Origin: an uncultured Oxalobacteraceae bacterium | Lineage (GTDB): Bacteria > Pseudomonadota > Gammaproteobacteria > Burkholderiales > Burkholderiaceae_D | Direction of reading: 5' to 3' | Assembly: GCA_965650885.1 (NCBI GenBank) | Contig: CBFGQI010000009.1 | Location: forward strand, 185 to 64,184 | Length of the DNA stretch: 64,000 nucleotides | Shown: positions 59,301-64,000 of the stretch, one piece after another | Numbering within the stretch: position 1 is the stretch's first letter | Layout: each line of letters opens with the position of its first letter | Program-made: the position numbers and the translations under genes | The notes under the pieces: generated by a model | What the model saw: the letters and a program-made list of their open reading frames with translations, nothing else | Database searches by the model: none | What the model was told of the DNA's origin: nothing

Positions 59301-62300
59301 CGCACGTTGCCGTCGGGGCCGGTAACCTTGACAGGATTGCCTTTGGCATCGTAAGCAAAAGTTGTGGTGGCGTTGACCAAACTCATGCTTGCGATGTTGC
59401 CTTGGCTGCCGAAACCAACGCTGCTTGTCCTTCCCAGGGGTTCAAAAATGGCGTAGCCATTCTCTCCGTAGTTGAAGCTCGTCTTGTTGCCGCGCGCATC
59501 TTCCGTCGTCATCAGCAGAGTACCTGACCCGTCATACTCCCACTTGTTGGTATGCCCAAGGGGATTCACTTCGGTCAGTTGCTTACCGCCGGAACTGAAC
59601 GTCCGTGTCGTGACGTTGCCTAAGGGATCGGCAGCACTCGTCTGGTTACCGTTGGCATCGTAAGTAAAGACCGATTTATTCTGCAACGCGTCAATGACTT
59701 CAGTAATATTTCCCGCCGCGTCATACTGATACGATGTCTGGTTGCCGCGCCTGTCCTTGACCACTTCGCGGTTGTTGGCGATATCGTGGTTCAATTCAAT
59801 CGCCTTGCCGGTGCTATCGAACACCGCTATGACCCGGCCTTCTTCGTCATAGACGTAGCGGGACATGAGGGCCCCCATCGGGTCCGTGTATTCAGTCATG
59901 CCATGGGTGCGGTTATAACTAAAGCGCGATACGGCGCCCACGCGATCCGATACCGCAGTCAAGTCTCCACTGGCATCATAGGTATAGCGGATGGCTTTAC
60001 CGGCAGGATCGGTAATCGACGCGATTCTCCCCTTGGCGTCGCGTAAAAACGCTACAGACTGCCCACTACTGTGCAAGATTCCGTTCTGGCCATAGGTCAG
60101 GACATTACCAACTGGATCCTTGATCTGGACAATACCAACACCCTCGCGGATGTAGTAGACATAGTTATCTTCCGTGGTGAGCTTGAACTCTTTCGGATTC
60201 CAGGTCTCCAGATTATCCATGTCGTACAGCTGTCCGCCTTGCGCTATGACGGTTGGCACATTGATGATTTCCAACCGGCTGTTAGTGCCAGGTAAGGGAT
60301 GTAGCTCAATATTGACTGGTGGCACCTGGACAAAAGCGCATTCATCCCGATTCTTTGCGACAAACCTCTCCACACGCCCATCTGGAAGCGTCAGGTTAAT
60401 CTTTCGCTTTCCTGATGGCACGATGCAAAGCGTGAGTACCTGCGAGTGTGCAACGACATTCCATTGCAGTCCCAAAACCATGTTCTTCTGCAATTTGACA
60501 CTTTGGTAGTCAACACTCCATCCATAGCCAAAGTCCAGTGCCTCATTCTTGCGTCGTGAATCGTAAGTGCGCGTCACGCGGATCGGGATGCCTGATGCTT
60601 CAACATTCAAGTCCTCGAAGGTCAATGCAAACTGACCAATCTTCAGGTCACGGTAAACATCTAACGTCACCATTTGCGTCTGCTGCCGGCCATTGGCGTC
60701 GACTACGTTCAGTACCATCTCGTAAATGCCATTCGACAGCTGAGTAGGATCCAGCTTACCCAGCACGCCATTGGCCACAGCGCTGGTGCCGCGCGCAATT
60801 TCGCTCCATGCATTGCCGCCAGCGGGGCGCAGCAGCAGTTGGTAGTAGGCCAGGTTGGTCGCCGTGGCAGTGCCGGTCACGTTGACCGGCGCGGTCACTT
60901 CGGCGTCATCCACCGGGGCGGTGATTTGCGCGACCGGCGTGGTGCTGTCGGCCGGATCGCGCACGCTGTAGGTGCCGACGCGTGTGGTCGTGCTGATGCT
61001 GTCGGTAATCTTGGCCGTGATCTGGTGCGCGCCGATGGCGGTGCCGGTCACGGTGGCGCGGCCTTCCACCGTCAGTGCCACTTCCTGGCCGTCGATGGTC
61101 AGGCTGCGTGTGACGTTGCCGCTGCCACCGGTGCTCAGCACGTCGATGGTGACGGTCTCGCCCAGGTTGATCACCTGCGGCGTGATCTTCAGGTTGGCGT
61201 CGAGCGGCACTTGCTGGCCGACGGTGAGCTGGTAGCGCTGTTCGGCGTAGGCGCGGCCATTGTCGGCGCGCACGGTGACGTTCCAGGTGCCGGCTACCGG
61301 CTTGGTCCAGCTGATCACGCCGTCGGCGGAAATCGCCATGCCGGTCGGTGCTTCGCGCAGCGCATAGGCCAGCGCGGCGCCTTTCGGGTCGGTGGCTTGC
61401 ACCGCGTAGTTATACAGCTGGTTGGCGCCGCCGTTGATGACCGGAGCGCTGGTGATGACCGGGGCGCCGGCCACGGCGCCGCTATCGAAGCCGCCGCTGG
61501 TATCCAGTCCGGCGGCGATGGTGCCGGTCAGGATGTCGCAAGCACCGCTGCCCTGCCCTGCGGCCAGGCGCGCCAGGAACAGGCCGCTGGCCACGTCGGC
61601 CTGTCCTGCGTAAAAGCTCCAGCGCGTGGTGCTGCCGGTTTCGCCAAGCAGGCTGGCGAGCGTGTCGTTGACCGGCTGCGCTGCCTGCGCGGCGGGTGCG
61701 GCGGCAGTTGCCGCTTGCGCAGGTTCGGCCAGGGCCAGCCAGGTGGTGCCGTTCGGCAGATACAGGGCGGATGTCGCGTAGCCGGCTTCGCCATGCAGGC
61801 GGTAGCTGCCGGCGCCGTTGGCGTCTTCCATCACCAACCCGTGGCCATTCCAGTTGCCGATATTGACTGGGGCTTGTGCCACCAGTGCGCGGCTGCCGGC
61901 CGCGACGGTGTTCTGGATGTCGGCAGCTGCTGCGGCGGCGATGTCCACTTGCGGCAGTACGCTGGCCGCATTGGCGGACGTGACCGCGAAGACTTTACTG
62001 CCGGCGCTGGCGGCGGCATTCAGCGCCTTGACCGGCGAGGCTGCCTGGCCCGGCGTTTGCGCGCTGGTGAACAGCTTGGCCAGCACCAGGTGGCCGTAAG
62101 CGGCATTGCGTTCATTGGCTTGCCTGGTATAGGCGGCAGGCGCCAGGCCGCCGCTGTTCTGCGCCACGGCGCTGTCCAGTCGGTCGATGTCCAGCACCAC
62201 GCCGGGGAAGCGCACCTTGTTGACGATGCCCAGCACCATTTCGGGCTGGGCTTGCGCCACGGCACGGCCGTAGGATGGCAGGCGCTGTTCCACTACACGC

Positions 62301-63979
62301 GCTGCGCGCTGGAACACGCCGGCGTTGGCGTCCACCGTGGCAAAGTAGCCCAGGGCTGCGTGGTACAGCAGGTCGCCGCTGACGTCGTCGCGCGTCAGGC
62401 CGGCGGCCTGGCCGCTGGCCAGCTTGGCCTGGGTGGCGTTCAGCCGTGCCTTGAGCGCGGCCAACTGGCCGGCTGCCACGCCTTGCGCGTCGATGGCGAC
62501 GGCATGGTAGTCGCCGGCGTGCGCGCCGAATGCGGACTCATTCCAGGTGCCGCTGGACGGATCGAAACTGGCGATGCCGCCCACCACGTCGCTGCCCAGC
62601 ACGAAGCTGCCGCCGCTGGCGACCACTTCGCCGTCGGCGCGGATTTCGGCTTTCACGCGTACCAGGTAGCCCGGCACTTCCATCGGCAGCTCGTCCGGCT
62701 GGATCGGGCTGCCGTCGGCATGCGCCTTGGGCATGTAGGAGGCCAGCACGTCGGCGTCGGCCTGGCTGGCCGGGGCGAAGCTCAGGGTCAGGCGCTTGTT
62801 GGCCACCGCCGCCAGGCTGCCGCTGTAGCTGACGGCCGGCGTGTTGGCTGCTTGCGCAGCGGCGCTGGCAAACAGCTGGAGGCGGAATTGCCAGCGCAGG
62901 TTGTCCGGCAGCGTGTTGACGATGGCGCCTTGCGCCACCTTGGCGTATGGCAGGCTGCCCAGCAGGATGCCGTAATTGCGCGCGGCGATATGGCGGTTGC
63001 CCAGCACGTCGCCCACCGTGAGGTCGGCGCCCTGCTGGCCCAGGTATCCGTTCAGGCGCGTCTTGAAGTCGGTGTAGCCGGCTTGCAGGTTTGGCAGGTT
63101 CAGGTTTTGCGCATAGTCGGGCGTGCAGACCGCTCCCTGGCGCACCTGGCTGAGCAAGCCCGCTTCATTCAGGCTGACGGCATTGGCCAGGTCCAGGCCG
63201 GCCTTGCTGTCCATCTGCTTGAAGCTGGCATCCAGCGGCACCCAGGCGCCCGGCGTCTTGTTCACGCCGCCGCGGCTTGGCGAATAGTCGACATAGGCTT
63301 CAACCCACACATGTTCCAGCTGTAGCGCGCCTACCTGGCCCGCCTGCGCGACGGCGCGGTGCGGGATGCCGGATTGCGCCAGCAAGGCTTGCGCCGCGGC
63401 GGCGCTGTCCACGTCCAGCCAGTTCTGCACTTTCGCCAGCGGCACTTCGATGGTGCCGTACACATAGCGCGAAGGAATGCCGGCGGCGCGGTTCAGCGCG
63501 ATCAGCAGGCCGGCGGTGTCGGTGGCATTGCCCCGCCGTGCCAGCAGCGTGGCGTCGGCATCCTGCATGGCGCCGAAGCCGGGCGCGTAGGCGATATTGT
63601 TGCGCACCCAGTTGTAGATGGCGACCGGGCTGTTGCCCAGCTGGGCGGCCAGTGCGCGCACGGCGGGTGTCAGCACCACTTCGCCCTGCTCCGCCAGGTC
63701 GCCCGGCTGCACCGTATCGGGCAGGATAGCATCCGGCAGCGTAATGCCGCTCAGCGAGCCGGCCGCCGCCAGCAGCACCGAACGCGGGAAACGCCTTTCA
63801 TGCTGGCGCGCGGTCATGGCTACCGGCGGTGCCGCCTTCTTTTGCCTGCCCCACGCATGGCCTTTCCCTTGCGCGCCCTGGCCCGACAGGCTTGAATGCT
63901 GCTTCATCAGCTTGGCCAGCTGGTTCAGCGCCGGCTGCAGGCTGCCCTTGCCGACCGCCGCTGCGTCCAGTGCGGCCAT
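56321..63979 (-). CDS. Giant Rhs/YD-repeat polymorphic toxin with N-terminal transglutaminase-like and Ig-like domains; 5' end unresolved
   Basis: Dozens of YD repeats (YxYDxxGNxx), an Rhs core end (RYVYAALDPIANTDPSGE), a transglutaminase-like segment (LLIALNRAAGIPSRYVYG...HVWVEAYV...PLDASF) and a putative Ig domain (VITSAPVINGGANQLYNYAVQATDP). The frame is still open at nt 64000. Candidate starts are 63979, 63907 and 63817. Confidence 0.9.
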   Translation of the reverse strand: MAALDAAAVGKGSLQPALNQLAKLMKQHSSLSGQGAQGKGHAWGRQKKAAPPVAMTARQHERRFPRSVLLAAAGSLSGITLPDAILPDTVQPGDLAEQGEVVLTPAVRALAAQLGNSPVAIYNWVRNNIAYAPGFGAMQDADATLLARRGNATDTAGLLIALNRAAGIPSRYVYGTIEVPLAKVQNWLDVDSAAAAQALLAQSGIPHRAVAQAGQVGALQLEHVWVEAYVDYSPSRGGVNKTPGAWVPLDASFKQMDSKAGLDLANAVSLNEAGLLSQVRQGAVCTPDYAQNLNLPNLQAGYTDFKTRLNGYLGQQGADLTVGDVLGNRHIAARNYGILLGSLPYAKVAQGAIVNTLPDNLRWQFRLQLFASAAAQAANTPAVSYSGSLAAVANKRLTLSFAPASQADADVLASYMPKAHADGSPIQPDELPMEVPGYLVRVKAEIRADGEVVASGGSFVLGSDVVGGIASFDPSSGTWNESAFGAHAGDYHAVAIDAQGVAAGQLAALKARLNATQAKLASGQAAGLTRDDVSGDLLYHAALGYFATVDANAGVFQRAARVVEQRLPSYGRAVAQAQPEMVLGIVNKVRFPGVVLDIDRLDSAVAQNSGGLAPAAYTRQANERNAAYGHLVLAKLFTSAQTPGQAASPVKALNAAASAGSKVFAVTSANAASVLPQVDIAAAAAADIQNTVAAGSRALVAQAPVNIGNWNGHGLVMEDANGAGSYRLHGEAGYATSALYLPNGTTWLALAEPAQAATAAAPAAQAAQPVNDTLASLLGETGSTTRWSFYAGQADVASGLFLARLAAGQGSGACDILTGTIAAGLDTSGGFDSGAVAGAPVITSAPVINGGANQLYNYAVQATDPKGAALAYALREAPTGMAISADGVISWTKPVAGTWNVTVRADNGRAYAEQRYQLTVGQQVPLDANLKITPQVINLGETVTIDVLSTGGSGNVTRSLTIDGQEVALTVEGRATVTGTAIGAHQITAKITDSISTTTRVGTYSVRDPADSTTPVAQITAPVDDAEVTAPVNVTGTATATNLAYYQLLLRPAGGNAWSEIARGTSAVANGVLGKLDPTQLSNGIYEMVLNVVDANGRQQTQMVTLDVYRDLKIGQFALTFEDLNVEASGIPIRVTRTYDSRRKNEALDFGYGWSVDYQSVKLQKNMVLGLQWNVVAHSQVLTLCIVPSGKRKINLTLPDGRVERFVAKNRDECAFVQVPPVNIELHPLPGTNSRLEIINVPTVIAQGGQLYDMDNLETWNPKEFKLTTEDNYVYYIREGVGIVQIKDPVGNVLTYGQNGILHSSGQSVAFLRDAKGRIASITDPAGKAIRYTYDASGDLTAVSDRVGAVSRFSYNRTHGMTEYTDPMGALMSRYVYDEEGRVIAVFDSTGKAIELNHDIANNREVVKDRRGNQTSYQYDAAGNITEVIDALQNKSVFTYDANGNQTSAADPLGNVTTRTFSSGGKQLTEVNPLGHTNKWEYDGSGTLLMTTEDARGNKTSFNYGENGYAIFEPLGRTSSVGFGSQGNIASMSLVNATTTFAYDAKGNPVKVTGPDGNVRTSTFDANGKELSRSWQRKVAGKTDPVIEGYALKRDAEGRVVEATDAMSVVTKAEYNAGGLLTASIDAAGRRTTFEYDARGKPVKKTYPDGTWEAQSFDAEGNRVSMTDRQGRVTRYEYDALNRLVRTTYPTGLSEGAEYDAAGRIVANIDGAGRRSTSKFDAAGQVVEETDEEGRTSLYAYDAAGNRISVTNGAGEVTNYTYDALNRPVKVTTSSGESKEVSWAANGAKLAEVAADGSRIEYENDALGRLKKVRQTVGQTTLATTYEYDSVGNKVAQVDSEGRTTTWEYDAKGRLLAHVAPGGQRRVFSYDVHGNLGQVIDADQGVTQHAYDADNRLILTVRPDGARIARTYSAAGMPLTINVANVGNSGLRSGTTSFHYDQQDQLVRQENPDGSYIAYAYDANGNVIERTTKTATVRYTNDAAGRVLAVTDPSGGKHSYVYDAAGRVASFVRPNGLTTRYAYNQAGRIIQITHVAADGSLQFAVRYTLSANGKRTAVQEYDQNSTLIGDDLSSPARTLQYAYDGAGRLVQERVTARNGTTVRTSDYAYDTVGNRLKKVETTEAGSEVTSYMYDVNDRLLSSQRSTLSGSTVQTSYVWDPRGNLLSKITGTNGQFFNWDSGGRLIEVRQGASAGAAKTVALFRYDADGNRVRKIVPIDGGEEAVTDYLVDSTFDYAQVLEEDRGGSEVLRHIWSNELIADQGAQQTYFLTDAIGSVRQVVGSNGALKSNHEFGAFGERTGASQSSSGYGFANEYFDADIGLQYNRARWYSAEEGRFISVDPYEGDLDLPLSLHRYVYAALDPIANTDPSGETNSMELSAVSNIQGTMSSSATAIMQHMVRKFLIGDPKKGDFGLIGELVLEACIGAVDDAINSTSGQKVSKRKKGTLAHAFLSREIERLNKWLANGSITRNISVFAEVSRMSGGRSAYYGQKGSYRIDVLVYYKKRPAVAFDLKTGAGVQSGIGNLGMPGAKRAEYQRRFKTRVYTVGVAIP
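56324..56866 (-). other. C-terminal variable toxin domain of the Rhs protein (181 aa after the DPIANTDPSGE core-end motif), PD-(D/E)xK nuclease-like
   Basis: The domain begins TNSMELSAV right after the Rhs core terminus. Candidate catalytic pattern is E (FAEVS) ... D (YRIDVLV) ... D-x-K (AFDLKTG). Confidence 0.5.
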
Positions 63980-64000
63980 GGCCGCCTTCAGTTCCGCATT

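Overview
64-kb high-GC proteobacterial chromosome segment. Gene content resembles Burkholderiales/Oxalobacteraceae, but that is inference only because no search was possible. Contents from left to right: (i) Two tandem, translationally coupled Hsp70-like ATPase genes, the first cut by the window edge, plus a convergent DTW-domain gene. (ii) A compact ~15.4-kb type VI secretion locus (4855-20224). It carries a short tssA, clpV, tssE, hcp, tssC, tssB, a helical lipoprotein, tssK, tssL, a BON/OmpA peptidoglycan anchor, tagF, tssM and a membrane-anchored M15 (TagX-like) peptidase. It has no tssF, tssG, tssJ, vgrG or PAAR gene. (iii) An operon of a lipoprotein hydrolase, a 1079-aa DUF748/AsmA-like protein and an alpha/beta hydrolase. 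(iv) Three near-identical tRNA-Asn(GTT) genes, each followed by the same bidirectional terminator hairpin, bracketing two accessory blocks. Block 27.4-41.5 kb holds S41 and S8 peptidases, a TonB-dependent receptor, a cupin, an ABC/FtsX/LolA-like/OMP cluster and a LytTR two-component system. Block 41.6-49.0 kb holds a DUF3334-like gene, GH95, a pectate lyase, an esterase and a membrane-tethered XRE regulator pair. (v) Core genes (AspC/TyrB-type aminotransferase, uvrB, 1-Cys peroxiredoxin) separated by a MITE/REP-like palindromic element. (vi) A giant (at least 2552 aa) Rhs/YD-repeat polymorphic toxin gene running off the right edge. It shows a sharp intragenic GC drop near 60.7 kb and a C-terminal PD-(D/E)xK-like toxin tip, followed by immunity-like genes and a decayed cassette array. 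All product calls rest on motif recognition in the supplied translations; no homology search was run. The many long antisense ORFs are treated as high-GC artefacts.
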